Assembly: GCA_963771465.1 (NCBI GenBank)
Contig: CAVYTU010000015.1
Span: forward strand, 160,001-224,000
Length of the DNA stretch: 64,000 nucleotides
Direction: 5' to 3'
Source: an uncultured delta proteobacterium
GTDB lineage: Bacteria; Desulfobacterota; Binatia; UBA9968
Made by a program: the position numbers and the translations under genes. The notes beneath the pieces were generated by a model. The model saw nothing but the letters and a program-made list of their open reading frames with translations, was not told the origin of the DNA and ran no database searches. Positions 41,168 to 51,482 of this stretch are shown piece after piece (within the stretch, counting starts at the first letter, position 1; each line of letters begins with the position of its first letter).

Positions 41168-41638
41168 CTATGCGCGCAGTTTTTCCTGCGCCGCGCGCAC
41201 TGCTCGCAGGATATCGGCATAACCGGCGCAGCGGCAAAGATTGCCGGCAAGATATTCACGTATTTCTTCATCGCTAGGATTGGGATTCTCTTCGAGCAGC
41301 ACTTTTACTGAGAGCACGAAGCCGGGTGTACAGTAGGCGCATTGCAATGCCCGCTCCTCGACCCACGCTTGCTGGATCGGATGGAGCGACTCACCGTCGC
41401 TCAACCCTTCCACAGTCGTAATATTGTGTCCGGCAGCGCGTGCCGCGAGTAAAAAGCACGAGCTCACCGGCTTGCCGTCGAGCAATACTGTGCACGTCCC
41501 ACAGGCGCCGACACCGCAGCCTTCGCGCACGCTCCAAAACTTGAAGTGATCGCGCAAGACTTCGAGCAGTGTGTCGGCGTCGTCGATGGCGAAGCTCTCC
41601 ACGCGCTGGTTGATCGTAAGTGTGATGTCGCGCTTCAT
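41168..41638 (-). CDS. (2Fe-2S)-binding small subunit, CoxS/xanthine dehydrogenase family
   Basis: GCGVGACGTCTV...SC, QCAYCTPG, NLCRCAGY. Confidence 0.94.
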   Translation of the reverse strand: MKRDITLTINQRVESFAIDDADTLLEVLRDHFKFWSVREGCGVGACGTCTVLLDGKPVSSCFLLAARAAGHNITTVEGLSDGESLHPIQQAWVEERALQCAYCTPGFVLSVKVLLEENPNPSDEEIREYLAGNLCRCAGYADILRAVRAAQEKLRA

Positions 41639-41695
41639 CGTTTCAATCCCTTACCGCGGCCGCGATTGTCCGTACACTGCGAAGTTTGCCACGGG

Positions 41696-42550
41696 CTATC
41701 CGTTCAGTTGCTCGATCGCCTTTTTGGTAAACAACCGCGCCATCCGCCGCTTGTACCACTCCGAGCCGCGCAAGTCGGACGACGGCGAAATTTGCTCATC
41801 CACCGCGGCTAAGATCTTTGTCATCACCGCGTCATCGAGTGTCTGGTCGTGGGCGAATTCTAAACCGGAAAGCAAAAGCGGCGTCGCCGCCACGCCGCCC
41901 AGCGCGACACGCAACTCCTTGCATCGGCCGTTTTCCTTCAGCAAGAACGCCGCCACACCCACACAAGGCCAATCGTTCGCCGACAGTGTACTATAGCGGA
42001 GATAAACCGCTTTGCTGTTGGCCGGCATAAGAGGAATCTTTACTTCGGTAAGAATCTCACCGGGTTCGAGCACGGTTTCATACACGCCGCGGAAAAAGCT
42101 CTTGAGCGGAATCGTCCGCGCGCCGTTGAGACCAAAGGCCGAAACCTCGGCGCCAAGCGCCAGCAGCGGCGGCGGCGGATCAAGCCGGTAATCCGCGTGG
42201 GCGAGATTGCCGCCCACCGACGCGGTCTGGCGCACGCGCACGTTGCCGATGTGACTGAACGCTTCGGCAACGGCGGGGAACGCTTGGCGAATCATCGGTG
42301 AGAGCTCTACCATGCGATGCGTTGTTAAAGCGCCGATGCGAATGCCGTCAGCCTCTCGCTTAATTTCATTCAGTCCGGGAATCGTCTGGAGATCGACTAA
42401 ATACGGATAGTAAAGCGCACGCTGCTTCATCAAAATCACCAGCGTGGTGCCGCCGCCGATGGCGCGCGCGTCATCGCCGTGTTTTTGCAAAAGCTCCACG
42501 GCTTCTGAAAGCGAGTGCGGTTGCAGCAATTCGAATGAGCGAATCGTCAT
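41696..42550 (-). CDS. FAD-binding medium subunit, CoxM/xanthine dehydrogenase family
   Basis: IGGGTTL, IGALTT, VRQTASVGGNL, SDLRGSEWYKR. Confidence 0.92.
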   Translation of the reverse strand: MTIRSFELLQPHSLSEAVELLQKHGDDARAIGGGTTLVILMKQRALYYPYLVDLQTIPGLNEIKREADGIRIGALTTHRMVELSPMIRQAFPAVAEAFSHIGNVRVRQTASVGGNLAHADYRLDPPPPLLALGAEVSAFGLNGARTIPLKSFFRGVYETVLEPGEILTEVKIPLMPANSKAVYLRYSTLSANDWPCVGVAAFLLKENGRCKELRVALGGVAATPLLLSGLEFAHDQTLDDAVMTKILAAVDEQISPSSDLRGSEWYKRRMARLFTKKAIEQLNG

Positions 42551-42715
42551 AGCTATCTCTAAGATCGCTTCGGTTCTATCCTTCCGTCTTTTCAGAATCA
42601 AGGTCGTGTCGCCGGAAATTTATCTGCGAACGGCGTCGGCAGCACGCCAACTTTATCCGTTTGACAGATAAGCCCAACTTTGAGAAGTATCCGTGACAAG
42701 AGGAGGGTTTAAACC

Positions 42716-43528
42716 ATGTTTACCAGCATTCGACATATCGCCGTGTTGACCGAAAATTGGGATCGTGAAGCAAAGTTTTATCAAACAATTTTCGGCATGA
42801 AGAAAATCACCAACGGCATGACTGATGAGACAGGCGAATACAACAAGAACCGCGGTCATTTGAGCGACGGCGTCATCGGCCTCGCCCTCCTGCAGCGCCA
42901 ACCTGGCTCGAGATCGGGCCTGGATCATTTCGGCTTTGCCGTCGAAAACGTCCAGACCGTCCGTGATCGCATCAAAGAATCTTACCCCGATGTCTACATT
43001 ACCGAGAGCCCGAGCCATGTGCCGTTTGCCGGCTTGCGCGGACATGACCCGGACGGCAATCAATATGATCTTTCGCAAAAAGGCATGGCCAACGTGCGCG
43101 AAGGCTACGTCGAATTCGGCTGGGAACAACCGCGCTGGATCAATCATGTCTGTATCCGCAGCGGCCGCCCGGCGCATATCGCCGAGTTCTACCAGAAAGT
43201 TTTCGATCTCGAGCCCGTCGAAGGCATGTCCGGCGACAACAGCTACTATCTGACCGACGGAAAAGTAAACCTAGCAATCCGTCCCTGGGATATGATCAAG
43301 TACCGCGGACACATGGCGGGTTTGGATCACTTCGGTTTTAAGGTCGACGATTTAGAACAAACGAAAAAAGATCTTGACGCCCTGGCTGCTTCCTCCCCCG
43401 CTTCCGCGCCGAGAAAAATCGCCATCGGCCGTGAGGGCGAAACGCGCCAGAAAAACCTCGAAGGCTGTAAGCTCTGCAAACAAAGCCTCGCCGATCCGGA
43501 CGGCGTGCTGCTCGATTTGACGGACTGA
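42716..43528 (+). CDS. Two-domain VOC (glyoxalase/bleomycin resistance/dioxygenase) protein
   Basis: IRHIAV, GLDHFGF (twice), DPDGN/DPDGV. AGGAGG RBS. Confidence 0.88.
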   Translation: MFTSIRHIAVLTENWDREAKFYQTIFGMKKITNGMTDETGEYNKNRGHLSDGVIGLALLQRQPGSRSGLDHFGFAVENVQTVRDRIKESYPDVYITESPSHVPFAGLRGHDPDGNQYDLSQKGMANVREGYVEFGWEQPRWINHVCIRSGRPAHIAEFYQKVFDLEPVEGMSGDNSYYLTDGKVNLAIRPWDMIKYRGHMAGLDHFGFKVDDLEQTKKDLDALAASSPASAPRKIAIGREGETRQKNLEGCKLCKQSLADPDGVLLDLTD

Positions 43529-43599
43529 AGGATCGTGGAGTTAGCAAACGGGATGGAAGCGTTCAACTAGGCTTAGAGATAAAAAGCTTGGGAGAGTTT

Positions 43600-43950
43600 A
43601 TGGAATTTGCCAACATCAACGAAACCATGCGGACAGCGAAAGACCAGGACAAGCGCTTCATCCCTCTTTTCGGTTCCGAGACTTTTCGCTCGTGGATACT
43701 CTATTTTCGGCCCGGTGAACACACCGACATGCATTTCCATATGTCGCCGGAAACTTTTCTCGTGCTGCAAGGCAAAGCATCGGTTAAAGGGCTTAAAGGC
43801 GAGGAGCGCATCATTGAACAGAACGAAATCGTTTTTTTTGGCGCCAAGGATTACTATCAGATCACCAACGTCGGCACCGAACCGCTCGTGCTCATCGGCA
43901 ACCGCTCCGAAGCGTTCGGCGGCGCCCATGTGACCGCGAAAGAAGCGTAG
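43600..43950 (+). CDS. Small cupin-domain protein
   Basis: PGEHTDMHFH...ETFLVLQG, ITNVGTEPL. Confidence 0.85.
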   Translation: MEFANINETMRTAKDQDKRFIPLFGSETFRSWILYFRPGEHTDMHFHMSPETFLVLQGKASVKGLKGEERIIEQNEIVFFGAKDYYQITNVGTEPLVLIGNRSEAFGGAHVTAKEA

Positions 43951-43991
43951 TCGCAAGTCTCACGTCGCTAACCGCAACGACACATGCCAGG

Positions 43992-44972
43992 ATGAAAAAG
44001 TCATCCGCATTGCGTGTATGGGTCTCAATCTTTTCCCTCCTGGCATTTTCATCTTCTCTACTTAACGCCGCCGAAGAAATAAAGATCGCCTCCACCGGCG
44101 CCGGCCTCAGCACCTTGCCGCTTGAGATCGCCGCGCGCAAGAGTTTCTTCCGCGACGAAGGATTTGAAGTATTGACGATCACCATGCGCACCAATATCGC
44201 GGTCAATGCGCTACTATCTCGCAGCGTCGAATACGCAACTCCCAGCACCTCAACAATAAAAGCCGCCAGCGCCGGCTTGCCGGTCAAAACCATCGCTGTC
44301 CTACTCGGTCGTCCCGATTACTTTCTCACCGTCAAGCGAGATGTGAAAACCGTACGCGATCTCAAAGGCAAACGCATCGCCATCGGCAGTTTCGGCGCCG
44401 CCGCCGATCTCGCGCTACGCACGGTCGCCAAACAGGATGGCTTGGACCCCGACCGCGATCTCATTCGTTTGCAAATGGGCGGCGCCGCCGCGCGCTACGC
44501 TTCGCTAATTTCCGGCAGCGTCGACGCGACGATCTTAACTCTGCCTTACAACCTGCAAGCGGAAAAAGCCGGCTACAAAGACTTGCTTTGGTTCGGCGAA
44601 CGCTTGGAGCTACCGCTCGCCGGTCTCGCGGTCCGGGACGAAACGATTCAGAAAAATCCCAAACAAGTCCTTGGCGTAATCAGAGCCGTTTTCCGCGCCA
44701 TGGCATTCGCCGGCGCCAACCGCGAGGAAACCATCCAGATGCTCGTAAACTGGCTGCGTCTCGATCGCGAAGTCGCTTCTAGAAGTTACGATCTAGGTAA
44801 ACGAAGTTGGTCCGACGGTGGAGTTGTCTCTGACACCGCCGTGCAATCCCTGGTGGATCAGTCGATGCTGGAACTGAAAAGCAAAGACCCCATCCCACTC
44901 GATAAAGTGCGCAACTGGAGTTTTGCCGGACAAGTGCGGCGAGAACTAGCATCCGCGGGAGAAAAAAATTGA
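43992..44972 (+). CDS. ABC substrate-binding protein, NMT1/SsuA/TauA family
   Basis: Signal peptide, FFRDEGFEV, DLKGKRIAI, SGSVDAT. Confidence 0.88.
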   Translation: MKKSSALRVWVSIFSLLAFSSSLLNAAEEIKIASTGAGLSTLPLEIAARKSFFRDEGFEVLTITMRTNIAVNALLSRSVEYATPSTSTIKAASAGLPVKTIAVLLGRPDYFLTVKRDVKTVRDLKGKRIAIGSFGAAADLALRTVAKQDGLDPDRDLIRLQMGGAAARYASLISGSVDATILTLPYNLQAEKAGYKDLLWFGERLELPLAGLAVRDETIQKNPKQVLGVIRAVFRAMAFAGANREETIQMLVNWLRLDREVASRSYDLGKRSWSDGGVVSDTAVQSLVDQSMLELKSKDPIPLDKVRNWSFAGQVRRELASAGEKN

Positions 44973-45034
44973 CGCCGAAATACGTATCGTTAGGAATTGC
45001 GCGGTTGCAATAATGAAGACGCGAAAATGACCGT

Positions 45035-46144
45035 ATGGAAGACTCCGTTGGACGAATTATTCGAGCATACGATCCCGACTCTCCGCTAGAGGAAGCATCC
45101 ACTCCTCCCTCCGCCTGGTACACCGATCCTCGAATTCTCGATTTGGAACAGCTGGCTGTTTTTTCGCGCTCGTGGCAACCCGCCGGACGCTCCGGTCAAG
45201 TTCGCAATCCAGGGCAATACATCACGGCGGAAGTAGCGGGCGAATCAATTCTCATCGTCAGAGGCAACGACAGCGTTCTGCGCGGCTTCTACAACGTTTG
45301 CCGCCACCACGCTGCGGCTGTCGTAACTGAATGCGAAGGCAAAGCCGAAAATCTCCGCTGCCCGTACCATGGCTGGACTTACGACCTCGAAGGCAAGCTG
45401 ATCCTCACACCTGAATTCGCCGGCGTTGCCAACTTCGATCGAAACGCCAACGGCCTCGTTCCCGTCCAGATTGGCGAATGGCAAGGTTGGGTTTTTGTGA
45501 AACTTGACGGCGGCGACATCAGCTTGGAAAAGTTTCTCGATGCGGACTTGGTTGAACGACTTAAACCTCTGAATCTTGAACGCTTGAACTGGTTCGAGCG
45601 GCGAAGTTATTTTTTGAACTGCAACTGGAAAGTTTTCGTCGACAACTACCTCGACGGCGGCTATCACGTGCCGCATATCCACGGCGGGCTCAGCAGCGTT
45701 TTGGACAATAGCAAATACAAAATCGAAACCGGCGAGCGTTTTTGCCTGCAATCGAGTCCTCTCGTCGCGGGAAAAGGCGAAGCGTCCGCAGTGCGAAAAG
45801 GCACGCGCGCTAACTATATCTGGGTCTATCCGAACTTCATGATCAACGTGTACGAAGGTGTGATGGACACCAACCGCGTCATCCCGCGCGGCGTCGACAA
45901 GACCGAAGTCATCTTCGATTACTACTTTGCCGACGTTTCGGAGTCTTCACGAGGAAAGAATTTGGCCAGCATCGTCGTCAGCGAACAGATTCAGTCGGAA
46001 GATGTTGCGATCTGTGAGTCGGTCCAACGCGGTTTGAATTCTCGCGCCTACAATTCCGGGCGGCTGTCGGTTCGCCGCGAGGCCGGCGAGCATCTGTTCC
46101 ACCGGCTGCTGCATGCCGATTTAAGCGCATGTCTGCAAACTTGA
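45035..46144 (+). CDS. Rieske non-heme iron oxygenase alpha subunit (choline monooxygenase-like)
   Basis: CRHH...CPYHGW Rieske ligands; NWKVFVDNYLDGGYHVPHIH and EDVAICE iron ligands. Confidence 0.92.
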   Translation: MEDSVGRIIRAYDPDSPLEEASTPPSAWYTDPRILDLEQLAVFSRSWQPAGRSGQVRNPGQYITAEVAGESILIVRGNDSVLRGFYNVCRHHAAAVVTECEGKAENLRCPYHGWTYDLEGKLILTPEFAGVANFDRNANGLVPVQIGEWQGWVFVKLDGGDISLEKFLDADLVERLKPLNLERLNWFERRSYFLNCNWKVFVDNYLDGGYHVPHIHGGLSSVLDNSKYKIETGERFCLQSSPLVAGKGEASAVRKGTRANYIWVYPNFMINVYEGVMDTNRVIPRGVDKTEVIFDYYFADVSESSRGKNLASIVVSEQIQSEDVAICESVQRGLNSRAYNSGRLSVRREAGEHLFHRLLHADLSACLQT

Positions 46145-46165
46145 CTCGCGGCAAAATCATTTTGT

Positions 46166-47917
46166 TTAAACCCGCTCCTGAATTCCATAGCGCGCGCTGA
46201 TTTTCTGCGCGATGGTCACCAACACGATCAGCAGCGTGAACATAACGACGCCGAAGGCGCTCAACTGTTGAAAGGAACCGTTCGACCACAGGTCGAAGAT
46301 GATCACCGAAGCGGTGCGATTGCTCGAACGCGCCAGCATTAACGAGATCGTGAGCTCACGGTAGGCGTGTACCATCACCCAGAACCATCCTGCCATCAGT
46401 CCTGGGCCGGAGCAGCGGCAGATAAATGTGATAAAAATTTCGCCACCAGCCGCCGCCGGCCACGGCGGCCGCTTCTTCCAACTCTGAATGGATCTGGACC
46501 ATCGACGTAGATACGAAGCGCAATGCGAACGGCAGGTATCGAGTGAGATAGGCCAAGCCGATGATGCTCAACGTGCCGATCACCGGCAACGGGATCAGCA
46601 GATAGAGCCACATGAATGCCGAGCCGAGCACGACGCTCGGCAGCGCGATGGGCGCGAAGCCGAGAAAGTCGAGGAACTTCCGTCCGCGGATACGCGTCTT
46701 GTGCACGAAATAGCTGATGCCGGCGACCAGGAGCATCACGGCGCTCGCCGATCCGACGCCGAGCAGCGTGCTATTCCACAGCGGCTTCAAAGCATAGCCG
46801 TCGTCGGCAAGTAGGTTGAGGTAATTAATCGACGTCATCGCCTGGAACGCCTCAGCGGTCGGCGCTTGGAAGCGCGGCAAGAACGAAGCGTAGAGCATGG
46901 TGAGAAAAGGCAGGCCGGTGATGAGAAAAACCAGCAGGAGCGACAACGCGCAAGTGAGATACTTCCATCCACCGAGATCGATGCGGCGCGGCCGGTAATC
47001 CTTGCCGGTAATGGTTTGATAGCGCTCACCGTGGCGGACCAGTCGGAAATAGACGAAGAGCAGCACCATCGCACAGCAACAGCAACATCATCGAATAGGT
47101 GCTCGCCAATCCCCAATCGGTCGGCATGCGCGAGGTGTTGAAGTAAACTTGCGTCGTGTACACCGATACGCGGGCGCGCCCGCCGAGCAAGAGCGGCACC
47201 TCGAAGCTCTCGACGGTTTGGATAAATAGTAGCAAAGCCGACGCGGCCGCCGCCGGCAAGATCAGCGGCAAGCGTGACTCGGCGAAAAGTCGGCCAGGTG
47301 CCAGCGCCGGCGATGGACGAGGCTTCTTCGAGCCGAGGGTCGATGGACTGCAGCGCCGCCGACATGCAGTAAATAAGCCAGCGGCGTCATTTCGAGCGAC
47401 TGCACCCACACCATGCCCCAGAACGAATAGATGTTGAGAAATCTGCGGCACGCCGGCGAGCGACTGAATGATGTGATTGAGGATGCCGATGCTCGGGCTC
47501 GCCATCAGGATCCACGAGATCGTGATGATTACACCAGGGATGATGATGCGGCCGAGGGTGACGAGGCCGATCAGCCGCGCCAGCGGCGTGTTGGTGCGCT
47601 CCACTGTCCACGCGAGAAACGTGCCCGCAGATAAAAGCGAGAAAAGTCGACGCCAGCGCAAAGTAGAGCGTATTGACACTCGCTTGCCAAAACTCGCCGA
47701 TGCCGTAGGCACGGCTATAGTTGGCCAACGTAAAGCTGAAATCCAAAAACCCTGCCTCGCCGGGGCGTATGGTTTTGAGACTCGTCCAAATGATCAGCGC
47801 CAGCGGCACTGCGACCTGGTAGAGCAGGATGACGCTGAGGCCAATCAGAACGATGCCGCTGCCGCTTAACGATGGCAGCCGGGCGCTGGCTGACCAGCGC
47901 AACGAGTTCGTGGCCAT
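46166..47917 (-). pseudogene. FbpB-type ABC permease broken by multiple frameshifts (pseudogene or sequencing error)
   Basis: Consecutive homologous segments in different frames: FLAWTVERTNTP, IDPRLEEAS, ESFEVP, TITGKDYRPR, IHSELEEAA, AYRELT. Paralog of 58067-59851. Confidence 0.8.
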
Positions 47918-47936
47918 GGTGGCGATGCGTGGCGGG

Positions 47937-49016
47937 TTATTTCATGCGGCCGATATACTGACCCCAGGCGTCGTGCAGCCGCTTGGTGATATCGTCGCTG
48001 ACGATGTTGTAGGTCACCAGCTTGACGTTATCGGGAAGATACGGGTGCTTGATCGTCAGCGGGCCGCGCAAAATTTCATTGATCATATTCTGGCTATCCG
48101 CCGACAGCGTCCAGTCGACAAACAGCGCAGATGCGTAGGGATTCAGAGTATTCTTGTTGATGATCATGCCGCCGGCGAAGGACAGAATCGGCGCCGTCAG
48201 CACCATCGCGAAAGGCGCCTTGGGATCTTTGCGCTTGGCTTCCACGCCGGTATAAAAATAATTGTCCCCTTGCAGCGCATGGTCGCCGGTGAGCATGAGC
48301 TCCATGCGCTGGGTGTGGCCAGTCTGGATAATGATTTGATTCTGGCCCATGCATTTGAGCCACTCTTTAGTTTTTTCCTCGCCCATCATGACGTAAAGAC
48401 CAGCCAAGAAACGGGTCTCCGACGGATCGAAGGAGACTTGCCCTTTGAACTCCGGCTTGCACAGATCGAACCAAGTCTTGGGCGCTTTGTCCGGCTTGAT
48501 CAAGTTGGTGTTGTAAGAAATGCCATGTTCGGCCCAGTACCAGGGAATCCAGTGCTGCTGCGGATCGATGAAATTTTGATACTGCTTTAAAATCTTTTTG
48601 GTCGCCGGCGTGGGAAACTTGGCGACGAAATTATGTTTGAGGATGACCGCCATGTCGGGAACGCCCAGCGTCAGAATATCGGTCAAATGGCGCCCGGCAC
48701 TTTCCTCGGCAATAAATCGTTCGGCGGCGTCTTGGGAGCCTAAATCGCCCATGTCGACTTTCACGAAGGGATAGCGCTTCTCGAACAGCTTGACATGATC
48801 GCGCGCGTTCTTGCCGCGCCAGGTATGGACGAAGTTGAGCTTGCCCTCTTTGCGCGCGCCCTCTTCGATGCGTTTTTCGCGCTGGTCGGCGGGGAGTTTC
48901 GCCAGGGTAGCGTACAGTTGTTCTGAGGAACGCTCCGCGGCCATCGTGCTCGAACTCTCGAAACCACACAGCGCAAGAGCTAAAAATACTCCCGACATTC
49001 GCGCCAATTTCGTCAT
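47937..49016 (-). CDS. ABC substrate-binding protein (Fe3+/thiamine/polyamine-type)
   Basis: Signal peptide, EGARKEGKL, YNTNLI, PKTWFDL, PYASALFVDW. Confidence 0.88.
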   Translation of the reverse strand: MTKLARMSGVFLALALCGFESSSTMAAERSSEQLYATLAKLPADQREKRIEEGARKEGKLNFVHTWRGKNARDHVKLFEKRYPFVKVDMGDLGSQDAAERFIAEESAGRHLTDILTLGVPDMAVILKHNFVAKFPTPATKKILKQYQNFIDPQQHWIPWYWAEHGISYNTNLIKPDKAPKTWFDLCKPEFKGQVSFDPSETRFLAGLYVMMGEEKTKEWLKCMGQNQIIIQTGHTQRMELMLTGDHALQGDNYFYTGVEAKRKDPKAPFAMVLTAPILSFAGGMIINKNTLNPYASALFVDWTLSADSQNMINEILRGPLTIKHPYLPDNVKLVTYNIVSDDITKRLHDAWGQYIGRMK

Positions 49017-49132
49017 CGAACAATCCTCCCTAACACAGACGGTTTACGCTCCCCTATATTCCAGTTGCTTGCGCCATTTCAAGTTAAGAAATTTCTGCTA
49101 AACTTTGGCGATCAGCATAGCAAGACTTTTAA

Positions 49133-50089
49133 ATGGCAGCCAAAATATATATCGACGGCCAGGCGGGAACCACGGCGCTGCGTATCCGCGATTGGCTCGC
49201 CGGACGCAACGATCTCGAAGTCATCACGCTGCCGGAAGCGCTACGCAAAGATCCGGCGGCGCGGAAGCAGGCGTTGCAAGATGCGACGATCGTGCTGCTC
49301 TGCCTGCCCGACGACGCGGCAAAAGAAGCGGCGGCATGGCTTGCCGACACACCGGTGCGGATTCTTGACGCCAGTACGGCGCACCGGGTCAGTGACGGCT
49401 GGGTTTACGGATTGCCGGAGCTGATCGCCGGCCAGCGTGAGCAGATCGCCAAAGCGAAACGTGTAGCCAATCCCGGCTGCTATTCTTCCGCAGTGATTCT
49501 GCTGACTCGTCCGCTCGTCGATGCGCAGTTAATCGCGCATGACACGCCGCTGGCGATTCACGCGCTGTCGGGCTATTCCGGCGGCGGCCGGTCGCTGATC
49601 GAGCGCTGGGAAGATCCGAAAAGGAACCTAATCAATTTGCCGCACGAGGCGCCGTACAGCATCGGCAAGCTGCACAAGCATATCCCGGAAATCATGCGCT
49701 ACGGCGCGTTCACCGTCGAGCCGCAGTTTTTACCCAACGTCGGACCGTTTCGCTGCGGCATGCGCGTCGAGATCATGATTCCGGCCAAGTCACTGCCAAA
49801 AGCCGGATCAAGCAAAGCGATGTGGGAAGCATTGGCCGCGCGTTACGACAAGGAATCATTTATTGATGTCGAACCGCTCACCGACGCCAGCGAGAGCGAT
49901 GAGCTGAGCTTCGATCCGCAAGAGTTCAACGACACCAATCGAATCTCTCTGCGCCTTCTGCCGCACCAGTCGGGCCACGTGATTTTGACGGCGCGGCTCG
50001 ACAACCTCGGCAAAGGCGCCGCCGGCGTGGCGATTCAGAATTTGAACCTGATGCTCGGTGTGTCGGAGGACACGGGATTACCGCGCTAA
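49133..50089 (+). CDS. argC: N-acetyl-gamma-glutamyl-phosphate reductase (type 2)
   Basis: IDGQAGTT, LCLPDDAA, DASTAHRV, NPGCY, SGYSGGG, DNLGKGA. Confidence 0.95.
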   Translation: MAAKIYIDGQAGTTALRIRDWLAGRNDLEVITLPEALRKDPAARKQALQDATIVLLCLPDDAAKEAAAWLADTPVRILDASTAHRVSDGWVYGLPELIAGQREQIAKAKRVANPGCYSSAVILLTRPLVDAQLIAHDTPLAIHALSGYSGGGRSLIERWEDPKRNLINLPHEAPYSIGKLHKHIPEIMRYGAFTVEPQFLPNVGPFRCGMRVEIMIPAKSLPKAGSSKAMWEALAARYDKESFIDVEPLTDASESDELSFDPQEFNDTNRISLRLLPHQSGHVILTARLDNLGKGAAGVAIQNLNLMLGVSEDTGLPR

Positions 50090-51321
50090 TTCACCGGCGC
50101 ACCGACTATGGCCACTTCCTTAGGTTCGTCCTGCCGGCGTTCGACAAAGGGAAGAATCCAGTAGCTCGAAATGCCTAACGTCAGCGAACCGATGCCGCAC
50201 AACAGATAGAGCAAATTCACCCCGCTGTGATCGACCAACCAGCCGGCGGTCAAGTTCGAGAGAATGCCGGCCAAGCCGCTGCCGACCATGGAGAGAATCC
50301 CTTGCGCCGTGGAGCGCAGTTTTTCCGGCGCAACCACGTCGAGGTAAAGCGGGCTGCCCAGATTAAGTCCCACGACCATCACGCCATGCAATGCCTGCAC
50401 AGCGAATAGGAGACTCGAATCGTCGATCAACGCCGACAGTATCCAGCGCAAACCGCCGATGGTCACACCAGCGGTGAGCATGCCGCGGGCGCCAAGCCGC
50501 TTTAGGCCGCTGCCCGTCGATAAGACCAGCGGAATTTCGACGATCAGCATGAGAATCCACATGTTGCGAATCGTGCTCAAATCGCCGCCACGCGCGCGAA
50601 TGAATATGGGGAAAAGCCACATCGGCCCATGCATGAGAAAATGGGCCAGCAAGGAAAAGCAAAGAAACCGCACAAACGGACGATTGTGCAGCAGCTCGCG
50701 CCAATCGCCGCGCTCGGCGCGCAGTCCAACGGCACCTTTTTTCGGCAACGAGAAAGCGATGAACGCCGAGACAAAAACTAGGCTCGCAGTCAGGGGAAAC
50801 ATCAAGCCCAACCCAGGTTGCGAAATGTCGGTGCCCGCCGCAGATTGATTGAAATTAGAAAGCGATGCCAACAGCCACGGTAAAATGAGCACAAGGATAA
50901 AATAACCGACGGTGCCCCAAGCGCGCACCCGGCCGAAGGCGTGGCGGCCGGCGTCGCGCAGAATTGCCAAGCTCACCGAAGTCATCAGCGGAAACACTGC
51001 CGTGCCGACCACAGCGAGCGCGGAGGTGGCCAACATGATCGACCAGAAGCCCTGTGCGTAGCCGAGTCCAAGATAACCGAGCGCTGTACCCAATGTGAGA
51101 AAGGCCAACACGCGCGTGCGCGCGCCGGTGCGGTCGGCCACCTGCCCCCAAAATGGCTGCGCGATCATGCCGATCAATGGCGAGATCGCCAAAACAAACC
51201 CGACTTGAGTTCCGGTCAGTCCGGCATCCTCGCGCAGATAGAGCGTAAAGTACGGATAGAAGATCCCGAGGGAACCGAAATAGGTGAACCAAAAAAGTGT
51301 CAGCGGAACCGAATGCCACAT
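50086..51321 (-). CDS. MFS transporter (HcaT/MFS_1_like)
   Basis: About 12 TMs; PFWGQVADRTG, FGRVRAWGTVG, EIP, LRSTAQG. Confidence 0.9.
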   Translation of the reverse strand: MWHSVPLTLFWFTYFGSLGIFYPYFTLYLREDAGLTGTQVGFVLAISPLIGMIAQPFWGQVADRTGARTRVLAFLTLGTALGYLGLGYAQGFWSIMLATSALAVVGTAVFPLMTSVSLAILRDAGRHAFGRVRAWGTVGYFILVLILPWLLASLSNFNQSAAGTDISQPGLGLMFPLTASLVFVSAFIAFSLPKKGAVGLRAERGDWRELLHNRPFVRFLCFSLLAHFLMHGPMWLFPIFIRARGGDLSTIRNMWILMLIVEIPLVLSTGSGLKRLGARGMLTAGVTIGGLRWILSALIDDSSLLFAVQALHGVMVVGLNLGSPLYLDVVAPEKLRSTAQGILSMVGSGLAGILSNLTAGWLVDHSGVNLLYLLCGIGSLTLGISSYWILPFVERRQDEPKEVAIVGAPVN

Positions 51322-51482
51322 TCGCCGATGATAGCATCAGTTCGGCGCGGTATCAGCTTTTGTCGGATGAAGATCGAAAGAAATCGAATTGTCTTCGCCG
51401 CCCGTGACATCGAGAATTGAGCGCACGACCGGAGCAACACAGCCTCGCGCGATTCAAAGCGTCAAATTTCGCCGCTTCCGCG

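Noticed and set aside
41168-42550. Aerobic CO dehydrogenase
   Set aside because: No CoxL with the AYXCSFR motif in the window, so substrate cannot be assigned.
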